Source of the DNA: an uncultured Planctomycetaceae bacterium
GTDB taxonomy: Bacteria > Planctomycetota > Planctomycetia > Isosphaerales > Isosphaeraceae
Direction of reading: 5' to 3'
DNA: 64,000 bases
Assembly: GCA_963833985.1 (NCBI GenBank)
Contig: CAWIAD010000002.1
Coordinates: 6,464,001 to 6,528,000 of the forward strand
Positions 42,671-52,665 of the stretch are shown here, piece after piece (the stretch's first letter is position 1; each line of letters starts with the position of its first letter). The position numbers and the translations under genes are program-made. A model generated the notes under the pieces. It was not told the origin of the DNA and searched no databases. It worked only from the letters and a program-made list of their open reading frames with translations.

Positions 42671-43618
42671 TCAGTCCGCCGCCAGCTCACCCATCGCGAT
42701 CTCGAAACCCGGCAGCACGGGACCACCGTCGAGCGTCTGCTTGCGGTTGATCACGCGCGACGACGAGAGCGAATCGTGGTCGTGGATTTTTCCCTGGTCA
42801 GGATAGACCACCCAGACGCGGTTCACCCCCGCCTGGAAATAGTGTTCCAGCCAGTCGCTGATCGGCACGGTCTCCTCGGCGCCTCGGACGATCTCCACGA
42901 CCAGGTCCGGCACGACGTGCCAGGTGAGCTCCCGGGGCACCTTACGGTAAGCCGCCCAGCGGTCGAACGAGACGAAGGCCAGGTCGGGACGCAGCTCCGC
43001 GCCAGCTTCCTCGCCCCAGTCGAACCGGGGGTCCTGCACGACATGACCGATGCCCCGCTCGCGGGCGTGACTGTCCAGTGCTTCGAACAGTCGCAGGAAA
43101 ACCATCTCCTCCGTTTCGGAGCGCGAGGATTTCTGGCCCGTCCGGGTCGAGCCGTGCTCTGCGGATTCCCGGGTCATGGCCGGGACATGCTCGTGTCCCT
43201 TGGCCCTGCCCTTGGCCTTGCCGTTGGATTCGTGCACGCCTCGGCCGCCGCGCGGCGAGCCGGTCGGGCTCTTCGAGGTGCGCGCATGGCCGTTGTGAGC
43301 GGTCTTGCCGGCCGCGGCGGTCGGTGCAGCCGCCTTGGCGGCAGCGGAGCCTTGCCGGGTTTGACGCGCGGCCTTCTTGGTTGAACTCGTGGCCTTGCGG
43401 GCCGGTGCCTTCGTCTTTGCATCCGGCACATCGGCCCGCTCCCCGACCTTCCTGCCCAGAGCGGCCTTGGTGTGGGTCCCGGGCTCGGAGCCTGTCTTCT
43501 CCTTGGTGGCAGGGCTGGCCTTTGCCCTGGTGGCTGGCCGCTCCTTGACCTTTGGTTCGGTCCTGGCCGTGCTGGATTTTGAACCGACACGTTTTTCGCG
43601 GGTCTGTTTCGTCGCCAT
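42671..43618 (-). CDS. Uma2 (DUF820) family nuclease-fold protein with a ~165-aa Lys/Ala/Arg-rich N-terminal tail
   Basis: ATG 43618 with GGAGGT RBS; C-terminal RPDLAFVS..RW, VPDLVVEI, Y..AGV.RVWVVYP, L.GG.VLPGF. Confidence 0.8.
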   Translation of the reverse strand: MATKQTREKRVGSKSSTARTEPKVKERPATRAKASPATKEKTGSEPGTHTKAALGRKVGERADVPDAKTKAPARKATSSTKKAARQTRQGSAAAKAAAPTAAAGKTAHNGHARTSKSPTGSPRGGRGVHESNGKAKGRAKGHEHVPAMTRESAEHGSTRTGQKSSRSETEEMVFLRLFEALDSHARERGIGHVVQDPRFDWGEEAGAELRPDLAFVSFDRWAAYRKVPRELTWHVVPDLVVEIVRGAEETVPISDWLEHYFQAGVNRVWVVYPDQGKIHDHDSLSSSRVINRKQTLDGGPVLPGFEIAMGELAAD

Positions 43619-43841
43619 GGAATTACCTCCTGCTCGCGGATCGAGAAACGGTGATGGATGCGCAACTCTGCGGTAGAAGTGATGAAGCAAGACCTTCGGG
43701 TCCAGTCCGACCGCGCCGTTTCGCCCCTGTGTGTTGGCGGCTAGACTGAGGGTCCTGGTAACTGGAACGCAAGGGTGGCCGGTCAGGCGGACGCGTGCCA
43801 ACCGTTCCAGCGGCCGAGCCCGAGGAGTGAAGCAATCGACC

Positions 43842-44813
43842 ATGGCACTCACCGAGAAACACGTGGAGATCAGCGGCATCACATTGCATCTGAGCGATCC
43901 CGATTCGACCGAGACGAGCTGGGTCGGTCAGGATGAGGTCCTGCGGCAGGTGCTGGCGTGCTGGCTGGTGGTCGACCCACGCGACCGGCCGCTCTCGCCA
44001 CGGCTGACCGGTCCGCCAGGAATTGGCAAGACCACGCTGGCCATGGCCGCAGCCAGGATCCGCAAGCAGCCGCTTTACATCAACCAGTGCACGGCCGACA
44101 CACGCCCCGAGGACCTGATCGTCACGCCAGTGCTGGCCGAGAGCGGCAAGATCGCCTACCATGCCTCGCCGCTGGTCACCGCGATGATCACCGGCGGCAT
44201 CTGCGTGCTCGATGAGGGAAACCGGATGAACGAGAAGTCGTGGGCGAGCCTGGCGCCCCTGCTCGACCATCGCCGCTACGTCGAAAGCATCGTGGCCGGT
44301 ATCACCATCCCCGCTCACGCGGACTTCCGCGCCTGCGTCACCATGAACGAAGATGAATCGACCTACGAGGTACCCGATTACATTCTCTCCCGCCTCCAGC
44401 CGACGCTCACTCTTGGCTTTCCCGGCCGCGACGACGAGATGGCGATTCTTAAGTACCATCTGCCGTTCGCCGAGATCGAACTGCTGGCGCTCACGGTCGA
44501 CTTCTTGCAGGAAGCTCACAAGCTCAAGCTCGATTTCTCGCCCCGCGACGGGATCAACGTGCTGCGGTTTGCTCTTAAACGCATCGCCCAGGATCCCGCT
44601 CATCCGCTCAGCCGCGATGCCGCCTGGCGCGAGGCGCTCTTTTGCGTGCTGGGCGAAGAGACCGGCAACCTGGAAGGCCTCGCCCGCCGCCGGCGCAAAG
44701 CAATGGGCGGTCAGCACGCTCCCCTCGGTCTGGGCGATCTCTTCTTCAATCCCGACGATCCGCTCCACCCGGACTCCCGGAACGACGACGATGACGAAGG
44801 CAACGTCTACTGA
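43842..44813 (+). CDS. MoxR-like AAA+ ATPase
   Basis: Walker [20 protein letters not shown], Walker [13 protein letters not shown]. Confidence 0.9.
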   Translation: MALTEKHVEISGITLHLSDPDSTETSWVGQDEVLRQVLACWLVVDPRDRPLSPRLTGPPGIGKTTLAMAAARIRKQPLYINQCTADTRPEDLIVTPVLAESGKIAYHASPLVTAMITGGICVLDEGNRMNEKSWASLAPLLDHRRYVESIVAGITIPAHADFRACVTMNEDESTYEVPDYILSRLQPTLTLGFPGRDDEMAILKYHLPFAEIELLALTVDFLQEAHKLKLDFSPRDGINVLRFALKRIAQDPAHPLSRDAAWREALFCVLGEETGNLEGLARRRRKAMGGQHAPLGLGDLFFNPDDPLHPDSRNDDDDEGNVY

Positions 44814-44938
44814 ATGATACGCACATGGAAGTGTATGACATGCAATTGCCATGCCAGCTATGCAAGCCGGCGATCACCTGGAACAGAGCAAGAACCGGCC
44901 CGGGCGGCTGACCTGCGGGCACAAATGCGCGCGCTGCC

Positions 44939-46520
44939 TCAGCGTGGAGCTGGCTGGTTCTTCCAGGCAGCGAGCACGGCCTCGTCGAGAGTGGGGTAGC
45001 AATCCACCAGCATGGTCAGGCGAACCTGGTCAAGCAGCGCGATGATGCGCGCGTGCGCCTGGCAGATGCGCAGCGAGCCACCGGACCATTCGAGCCGGAA
45101 ATGATGCGCCAGCAGCGCCGCGAGCGCCTGCCGGGAGAGGTGATTGACGAATTCGAGGTTGAGCACGACCCTCCGCGGCAGGGGCTCTTCAAACAGCTCC
45201 GCCAGCCGGCTCCGCAGCGCCTCGAGGGTTGCCTCGTCAGCCAGCTCCGGAAGCTGAGGCGTCACGATCAAGACTTCCTCGAGAACCTCATGCTTGATGC
45301 GCCTGCGCGGGGTCGAGATCTGGCTCGATCGGCAGCTCCACGGTGGCCGGCGCCTCGGCTGGAATACCCAGTAGAGTCGCGGGCTCCACGTCCTCGCCGG
45401 CCCACTCCAGCGGCGGTTTCGGGAGCAGCAGCGGTGGTTCAGAAGGGCTACCGATTTGCAGGGTGGCCAGAACCGGCCCGATCTTGAACTGATCGCCGGC
45501 GTGCAGCTCGACTTCCTGGTCGCGGATGTGCTGGCCGCCGACGAGCGTCCCGTTGGTGCTGCCAAGGTCGCGCAGGAAGATGCGGCCGTCACGCTGTTCG
45601 AGTGCGGCGTGCTGCTTGCTGACCTGGGCAGAGCCGAGCCGGACATGGCACGGGCGATCGCGGCCGATGAGGAAGCGGGGCGCGGAAACGGCGACCGTGC
45701 GGCACGGGCTGGAGCCGGCCTGGAGCTGAAGGCTGATCACGGGTGTCAGCGCACTGCCGGAGCCAGCGCGCTGCGGCTTGAGCACGGCGACCGGCTGCGC
45801 CCGGAGCAGAGCCAGGATCTCGGCGTCATCGGTCGGCGCCCCGCCAGCCAGGGGAGGGAGTCCGCCGGCTGCGAGGACCGCGCTGAGGATGTCAACGGGA
45901 AGCTGGCGAGGCTTCGCCGCAAGGGGCCAGGGACTGTCCAGGGCTGCCGCCTCGTCGGGGTGGAATTCGAGTTCACCGGCCATGCCCACGATCGCGAAGA
46001 TCTCGGCCAGCCCGGGATCCAGACCGCAGATTTTCAGCTTGCCGCCGTCGCCGGCCGCACAGCGCCGATGAGCGTTGCCGATGACGCCGATGATCCAGCT
46101 TCCCAGCCGTTCGACGGCCGTGAAGTTGATGACCAGCCGCGCGTTGCCCACGTCGATCAGTTCCATCAGGTCGGCGCCCATCTGCTGGATGTGCGCCTGG
46201 TCCACGAGCGCTCGTCCCACCAGCCGGACGACCGTGATCCCCCTGCGGTACGCCACGTTGAATCGCGACCAGCCGGCCGGCGTTCCCGCTACGGCCGCTT
46301 CACCTGGCTTGCGGTGGGCACGGCCCCGGCACATGGGCAGATTGCCGATGAGCTGGTTCCAGCGGTTGACCCGGACCGGATCTGGTTCCTCATCGAGGTT
46401 GCTGGCCAGCCAGTCCTCGAAGCGGCGATCACAGGTTGGAACCGGCTTCGCCAGCAGCAGCTCATGAGCCGGGTCGTCGAGCTGGCCAACCAGAGGGATT
46501 TCGGACTCGTTGGCGGCCAT
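44939..46520 (-). CDS. STAS-FHA-STAS protein (anti-sigma-factor-antagonist-like); frameshift near 45303
   Basis: First STAS (LVINFTAVERLGS..IG..LKICGL), FHA (FLIGR..C..R....VSK.HA...DLGSTNGT), second STAS (VVLNLEFVNHLSR..L..LRIC). Confidence 0.82.
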
Positions 46521-47153
46521 GATAAATCGATCCCTTGCACTACGGGACAAAGAGTGTTGACCCGGAACGGCCACGGCCAGGCGCAGACGCCGAGCGCCGC
46601 GCCACGGCGCTCCACGTGTTCACCAGGGTTTCCGGCGAAGGGCCACCCCTGCCGGGAAACAAGAAAGGGGGGGTGGCCGATCATGCGCCGCATTGGCGAC
46701 CCGGCAGATCGGAGAGCCCTGATCTATCGGCGATCAAGGCCGACGAACGTGTCCGGGCACTTCAGCGAACAGTTCCCACTGCGCTCGAAAGCAATTCCGT
46801 TTGGAGGTCTTGAAGCTCCCCGGAGATCTCCAGTCGGGCCCGTCAAGTTCGGCCCCGGTGGGTCTGGCCGATTCGACGTCCACGCCATGGGTCTCTTGCT
46901 GATTCTTAGGCGACATTCTCGACCTGCCTGGCCCGGTTTCTTCGTGAGTGCAGGCTTCCTTTTCCGGTCGCCTGACCGGAACCGAGCGGCTGTATTACTT
47001 TATGTTCAGTAAAGATGTGTCAAGGCCGCGATCCGCGGGCCGATCTCAGGCTCGTGGAGGCCCCGGGACCGTCGGGCATAGCGTCGCCCTGATGTCTCGA
47101 TCGCGGTACACTGCCAGGGTGCGGACCAATGGGCGGGACTGCGGGAGAGTTCC

Positions 47154-49037
47154 ATGAAGCGTGAACGCGGCACGGCCGAGCAATTCCTGGCGATCGGTCC
47201 GCGGGTGCGGGTGCTGCCGATCATTCACGGCTCCGGCAATTTCGCGATCCAGGTGCGCGAGGAACTGCTCGGCCGGCCCTACGACTGCGTGGCCGTACCC
47301 CTGCCGCCGTCGTTCCAGGAAAACGTTGAGGAGGCCATCGAGCGGCTGCCGTCGGTCTCGGCGGTGGTCCAGCTCGATGTCGACCGCGACGACGAGGAAG
47401 TCGGGTTCAGCTACGTGCCCGTCGATCCCTGCCAGGGCGTCATCACGGCTCTGCGCACGGCCATGGGCGAGCGGATTTCCCGCGAGTTCATCGACATGGA
47501 AACGCCCCGCTTCGAGGCGATCACCAGCGTCTTCCCGGACCCTTACGCGTTGAAACAGGTCGCACCGGAGCGGTTCTCGGCCGCCCTCCTGCCGGCGATT
47601 CCGCCACCCCAGCCCGGCCAGCACCAGGCGCGGATTGCCTGGATGGCCCGCCGCCTGCACGAGCTGGAGGAGCGCTACCGCCTGACCTTGCTGGTCTGCT
47701 CGCTGCTCGACTGGCCCTGGATCCGCGACGCCTACACACGCCGGCTGGAGAGCCACGACCCCGAGCCGTTCTATACGCCGCTGGCGACTCACATCGTGGA
47801 CCCGCGCACGCTGCTCTTCGCCCTTGGCGAGCTGCCGTTCATCACTGCCCTGTACGAGCGCGGCCGGCGCGATCTGAGCGACGACGACAACTTGTCGGTC
47901 GACGGCGTCAAGGAACTGGTGCTCGAGGCGCGCGAGAGCCTGAGAAGGAAACATCCCACGATCGCGCAGCGGATCACACCGCAGCTCCTCGCCGTCTACT
48001 TCCAGTACGTCCGCAATCTCTCCCTGATTGATCGGCGCCTCACCCCTGACCTGTACTCGCTGGTGGTGGCGGCGAAGCAGACCGCCGGCGACGATTTTGC
48101 CCTCGCCGTGGCGGAAACCGCGTGCCAGTACCCCTACGCCGAAACCGCGGCCAGAGCGTGGACCGGCCAGGACGAGGAAGACTCGCTTCTGAAGATGGGT
48201 CTGGACAGGGCGGTCGTGCCGGGCTGGGGAACGGCATCGATGGTCAATCGCCTGCCGGGTCCGGCGGTCGCCTGGAGAACCTGCGAGCTGAGGCCCCGGC
48301 CCGCCCGCGTGCAGCAGCAGCGCTGGCGGCAGCGCTGGGACCCGTTCGGGATGTGCTCGTGGCCCAATGAAGACGATCGGATCGAGAGCTTTCACCGCCA
48401 TGTCCGCGACCAGGCGCGCACCGTCCTGGGGGCCGACCTCGCGCGGGTGGAGAAATTCACCACCAGCATTCGCGACGGTATCGACATCCGTGAGACGCTG
48501 CGGAACTGGCACACCGGCGAGCTTTACGTGAAGGTGCTGCCACCGGGACGGGGATCCCTCGAGGCCGTGGTGTTCCTCTTTGATGTGCCGGCGGATCCCC
48601 AGGTTTACACCCACCGGGCCACCTGGTTCGCCGAGCACTCCGAGGAATCGACGCTCGCCTTCTACGCCACCGACCCGATGCGCAACCTGGTGGGGCCCGG
48701 CATCGCCCAGGCGCTGTATGGAGGAGCCCTGTTCCTGTACCCGCCCCGTCCCATTCCGGAAATCTGGACCGATCCCCGGCTCCAGTTCGCCACGACGCTG
48801 GAGGAACGGCTGCTGGCCGCGGGGTTCCTCCACAGCAAGGACCGGCACGTGGCGGTCGTCAGTCCGGGCATGCCCCGGGCCTCCTGGCGACGGCTGGCAC
48901 GCAAGTACGGCCGCAAGATCGTGCATTTGCCGCTGAAGCGATTCGGCGGCCAGCTCCTCGAGCGGCTGCGCACGTTCCACGTGCTCAACGGCAAGCACGT
49001 CCGTTCGTACGCGGCGCTCTATATTCGCGATCTGTAA
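47154..49037 (+). CDS. Conserved hypothetical protein, probable MoxR partner
   Basis: 627-aa clean ORF; VRVLPIIHGS, YVPVDPCQ, LGELPF, GIDIRETLRNW...VVFLFD. Confidence 0.75.
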   Translation: MKRERGTAEQFLAIGPRVRVLPIIHGSGNFAIQVREELLGRPYDCVAVPLPPSFQENVEEAIERLPSVSAVVQLDVDRDDEEVGFSYVPVDPCQGVITALRTAMGERISREFIDMETPRFEAITSVFPDPYALKQVAPERFSAALLPAIPPPQPGQHQARIAWMARRLHELEERYRLTLLVCSLLDWPWIRDAYTRRLESHDPEPFYTPLATHIVDPRTLLFALGELPFITALYERGRRDLSDDDNLSVDGVKELVLEARESLRRKHPTIAQRITPQLLAVYFQYVRNLSLIDRRLTPDLYSLVVAAKQTAGDDFALAVAETACQYPYAETAARAWTGQDEEDSLLKMGLDRAVVPGWGTASMVNRLPGPAVAWRTCELRPRPARVQQQRWRQRWDPFGMCSWPNEDDRIESFHRHVRDQARTVLGADLARVEKFTTSIRDGIDIRETLRNWHTGELYVKVLPPGRGSLEAVVFLFDVPADPQVYTHRATWFAEHSEESTLAFYATDPMRNLVGPGIAQALYGGALFLYPPRPIPEIWTDPRLQFATTLEERLLAAGFLHSKDRHVAVVSPGMPRASWRRLARKYGRKIVHLPLKRFGGQLLERLRTFHVLNGKHVRSYAALYIRDL

Positions 49038-49254
49038 GTCCGCTGGCGCATGGTCAGGAGTCCCTCGGATCGGCCGGGAGCAGCAGGTCATCCCGGGTCG
49101 GGGCCTCGATCAGCCGGCCGCGAACCGCGAGATCGCGCAGGTCGGTCGTCGCACTCCTGCATCGTGGTGTCCGGCCTGGACTTCGTTCCGTCTTTGTACA
49201 GAATGGAAGACTCAACACTGGCTTGCACCCTCCTGAAGATCGGCCCGGTCGCCC

Positions 49255-50274
49255 ATGAATCAATTCTGGATCTTGCTGGCGGTTCTTCTTGGCGGCACCA
49301 GCGAGGCCGGTGATCCGCCGGCGACCGAGGCATTCTCGGCCCCGAAGTACGGCCTCGCCACCCGCATTCCCCAGGACTGGCGGCTGGCCCTGCGCGAGAC
49401 CGAGGACCGCATCTTCGTGGCGGCCATCGATCAGATCGGCATCGACCGCCCGGGGGTTGCCGCCTGCGAGCTGGGGCTGGCGCCCGAGAGCCTGGAAGAC
49501 TATCGCTCCCGGATCGAGACCAGCGCCCGGCAGAACGGAGGGCATGCCGGCAAGCTTGCGTCCAATCGTCTGATCGCCGATGAGCGTGGCACACGGCTGG
49601 AGACGGTCAGGGAATTCCATCCCGACGCGGGCGGTTTCTGGCGTGAGGTGACCGTCAGGATCATTGCCAACCGTCAACTCTACAGCTTCATCCTGAACGT
49701 CGAGGATGGCAGCTATGCCGGTGCTCGGGCCGCCTTCGACGCCGTGGTGGCCGGATCCAGGTTCAGTCCGCCCAACACCGGCGCGGACCTGCTGGGCAAG
49801 CCTTCCAATCGCTGGGTGCAACGCGAGTACAAGTTCGCGCTTGACCTGCCCGCGGGCTGGAGCCCGGTGCTGGCCCCCAGCGAGGTGGCGCTCCTGTTCG
49901 CCACCGGACCGGCGCATGGGGTCTGGTCCGACAACCTGCTGGTCCTGGCGCATCCTCGCGGCAAGACGAACCTCAAGGAACTGGCCGAGGACTACCCCAG
50001 GCTGCTCAAGCACGAAGACCCGGGCTGCACGCTGATTTCCTGCAAGCTCATCTCCGTGGGCGTGACCGAGGCGCTCGAAACCGTGGTCCAGACGCGTCGC
50101 GGGCCGTTCGCGATGACCGTCATCGAACGGCGGTTCGCAGCCGCCCGGTTCGAGTACGAGGTCAAGTACACCCTGGAATCAAAGCGCTTCGACGGCCTTG
50201 CCCCCCTGCTCCGGAAAAGCCTGGACAGCTTTCAGGAGCTGCCCGGCTCGGCGCCCGGAAAGAAGTCCGCGTGA
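49255..50274 (+). CDS. Hypothetical secreted protein with two tandem PsbP/DcrB-like domains
   Basis: Signal peptide; internal repeat YGLATRIPQDW / YKFALDLPAGW, each followed by F..VV..(S)F-type endings. Confidence 0.55.
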   Translation: MNQFWILLAVLLGGTSEAGDPPATEAFSAPKYGLATRIPQDWRLALRETEDRIFVAAIDQIGIDRPGVAACELGLAPESLEDYRSRIETSARQNGGHAGKLASNRLIADERGTRLETVREFHPDAGGFWREVTVRIIANRQLYSFILNVEDGSYAGARAAFDAVVAGSRFSPPNTGADLLGKPSNRWVQREYKFALDLPAGWSPVLAPSEVALLFATGPAHGVWSDNLLVLAHPRGKTNLKELAEDYPRLLKHEDPGCTLISCKLISVGVTEALETVVQTRRGPFAMTVIERRFAAARFEYEVKYTLESKRFDGLAPLLRKSLDSFQELPGSAPGKKSA

Positions 50275-50295
50275 AGGCGACGGAATGGACCGGCT

Positions 50296-51502
50296 TCAGG
50301 ACGTTCGGCGTGACTTCGAGAAACCGGCCTCTCCGCCGGTGTCGGCCCGGTTGGGGCTACGGCGGATGCCCAGACGCAGGACCTGCAACACGACGAAGGC
50401 GATGAGGACCGGGGGGATCATCCAGGCCAGGTAGATGGTCCAGTTCATCCCGAGCGCAGGGCCTGCCAGGGCAAGTGGGAGCAGCAGCAGGATGCCGAGC
50501 AGAAGGGCGCACCCCGTGGAGGTCATGATCGATTTGAAGCTCGCCTCCTCGCTAATGTTCTCGTAATGGAGGTCAATGGTCCGGCCGCGGCGGAGGCTCC
50601 TCACGACGGCCTCGGAGAGCTCCATCGCCCGCGTGGCGTCGCCCAGGTCGGGATGGACCGATCCGTCCGGCGTCGCCGCGCGGGCCTCGAGTGCGCTGGC
50701 CAGCGATTCCAGGATGGCGGCATGCGGGTCCCAGCCCTCGAGCACATGGATCGGCTCGCCGTCACCGGAGCCAGATCGGCGCACCAGGCGGGCGGGCTGG
50801 TGGAAACCCGGGTCGTATTCCAGGATCAGCGCGGCGCTCCGAGCCCTGGACGCTGAGCCGGCAGGGTTCGTCATGCCCGGTCCAGACGCGGACCTCGGCG
50901 CGCTGGCCGTGCTCGCCGCGAAGCTGGACCACCAACTCGACATCCGGCTGTTCGCCGGCGGGCTCACCGCTGGCAGTGACCGCGTCGACCTCGCCGATGA
51001 GGGCGCGGACCGCGTCGACTCGCCGGGCGAACGCCACCCGGACCAGATCGCCGTCGTCCGGGCTGACCGGCCCCTCGTGGCGTACCCCGCGGAATGCCCC
51101 GAGCTCTCCGCTCGTCATGGCTTCCTTCAAGCGGGCGACCGCGGGATGGAGCCGGAGCGGAAGATCGGAAATCACCACCGCGCCCGTTTCGGAGCGGCTC
51201 AGGGCCACCTGGTAGTAGGGCTCGGAGTCGGGTCCTGGCGGGTGCAGGCAGACGATCGCCAGCCCCTCGGCAGCGGCCCTGCGCAGGCCCTCGCTCCGGA
51301 GCTCGAGCGGGCCGCCCACGATGACCAGGTTGATGCCGGCCGTCGCCAGGGCCTCGTCCAGGTCGGCGGCCGCGTGGACCTCCGCGAATTCGTCGCCGCC
51401 GAATCCGGGACAGACGGCCAGCAGGTGATGCTCGGGATGGTGCAGGAACCACTCCGCCCAGTCCCGTTCCTCGTCCCCGTCGCCCACAATCAGAACATTC
51501 AT
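50296..51502 (-). CDS. Gfo/Idh/MocA-like oxidoreductase fold with C-terminal TM helices; frameshift near 50830
   Basis: MNVLIVG, DLDEALA...INLVIV, LRLHPAV..LKE....GELG, DATRAMEL.EAV.RS; hydrophobic C-terminus. Confidence 0.65.
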
Positions 51503-51684
51503 TATGACGTCATTGCTCCCGGAGTGCCGGTCCGACCCGGGAAGCGGGCCATGGCCGCGGGCTTTCCCGGACTCGTCTCCGCATTGACCGATCTCTCGAA
51601 CGCTCGTGATAATACTCTAGCCGCTCTGGAGATCGATCAAGAGGACCAGGCGGTTTCGGACGCTGCGCCTGGCGGGCAGGATGG

Positions 51685-52665
51685 GTGTCGGTGATCACGA
51701 TCGCGAATGTCGAGGATTTTCCCGCGCGAGTGCGTGGCGGCTACGTGACGGTCGGCAACTTCGACGGCGTGCATCGCGGTCACCAGCGGTTAATCGGCCG
51801 GCTGCGCGCGCTGGCCGATGCCGCGGGCGTTCCCGCACTGGCCGTCACGTTCCATCCCCATCCCGTTGCACTGCTTCGTCCGGACAAGGCGCCCGTGCCG
51901 CTCGTCTGGCCCGAGCGTGAGATCGCCCTGCTGGAGCAGGCCGGCGCCACGGAGGTGGCCGTATTTCAGACGGGGCGGTGGCTGCTCGACCTGACCGCGC
52001 GCGATTTCTTCGATCGGGTTATCTGCCGGCAGTTCGCCGCACGGGGCATGGTGGAGGGCCCGAACTTTGCTTTCGGCCACGACCGGCAAGGGAATGTCGA
52101 CGTACTCGCCGGCTGGTGCGCCCAGGCCGGCATCCCCTTCCAGGTCGTCGAGCCGATCCGCGATGCCGGCGAGCTGATCTCCTCGTCGCGGATCCGCGAG
52201 TGCCTCACCGAGGGCAAGGTCGAAGCGGCGGCCGGCTTCCTCACCCGCCCGCACCGGATCCGCGGGGTCGTGATCCATGGCGCCGGACGTGGCGCCGGGC
52301 TAGGCATTCCCACCATCAACCTGGATGCGGTCGATACGCTCATCCCTGGCGACGGCGTCTACGCCGCCAGGGCATTTGTCTCCCCATCCGGCGGCCTCAG
52401 AGAGACATTCGACCCCTGGCCCGCTGCCTGCAACATCGGCCCGAACCCGACCTTCGGCGAGCAGATCCGCAAGGTGGAGGCCCATCTCATCGGCTTCAGC
52501 GGCGACCTGTACGGCTGGACCGTGGAACTCGACTTTCTCACCCGGCTGCGCGGCACCCGGCCCTTCTCCGGCCTGGACGATCTCCTGCGCCAGATCCAAA
52601 TCGATATTGAGCAGACGAAGCGCATCTCTGCGATGGGAATCCACTCCCACGAGGTCCGAACATGA
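51685..52665 (+). CDS. ribF: Bifunctional riboflavin kinase / FAD synthetase
   Basis: GNFDGVHRGHQ, TFHPHP, ISSSRIR, G.PTIN, GVYA, NIG.NPTF, EAHL. Confidence 0.96.
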   Translation: MSVITIANVEDFPARVRGGYVTVGNFDGVHRGHQRLIGRLRALADAAGVPALAVTFHPHPVALLRPDKAPVPLVWPEREIALLEQAGATEVAVFQTGRWLLDLTARDFFDRVICRQFAARGMVEGPNFAFGHDRQGNVDVLAGWCAQAGIPFQVVEPIRDAGELISSSRIRECLTEGKVEAAAGFLTRPHRIRGVVIHGAGRGAGLGIPTINLDAVDTLIPGDGVYAARAFVSPSGGLRETFDPWPAACNIGPNPTFGEQIRKVEAHLIGFSGDLYGWTVELDFLTRLRGTRPFSGLDDLLRQIQIDIEQTKRISAMGIHSHEVRT

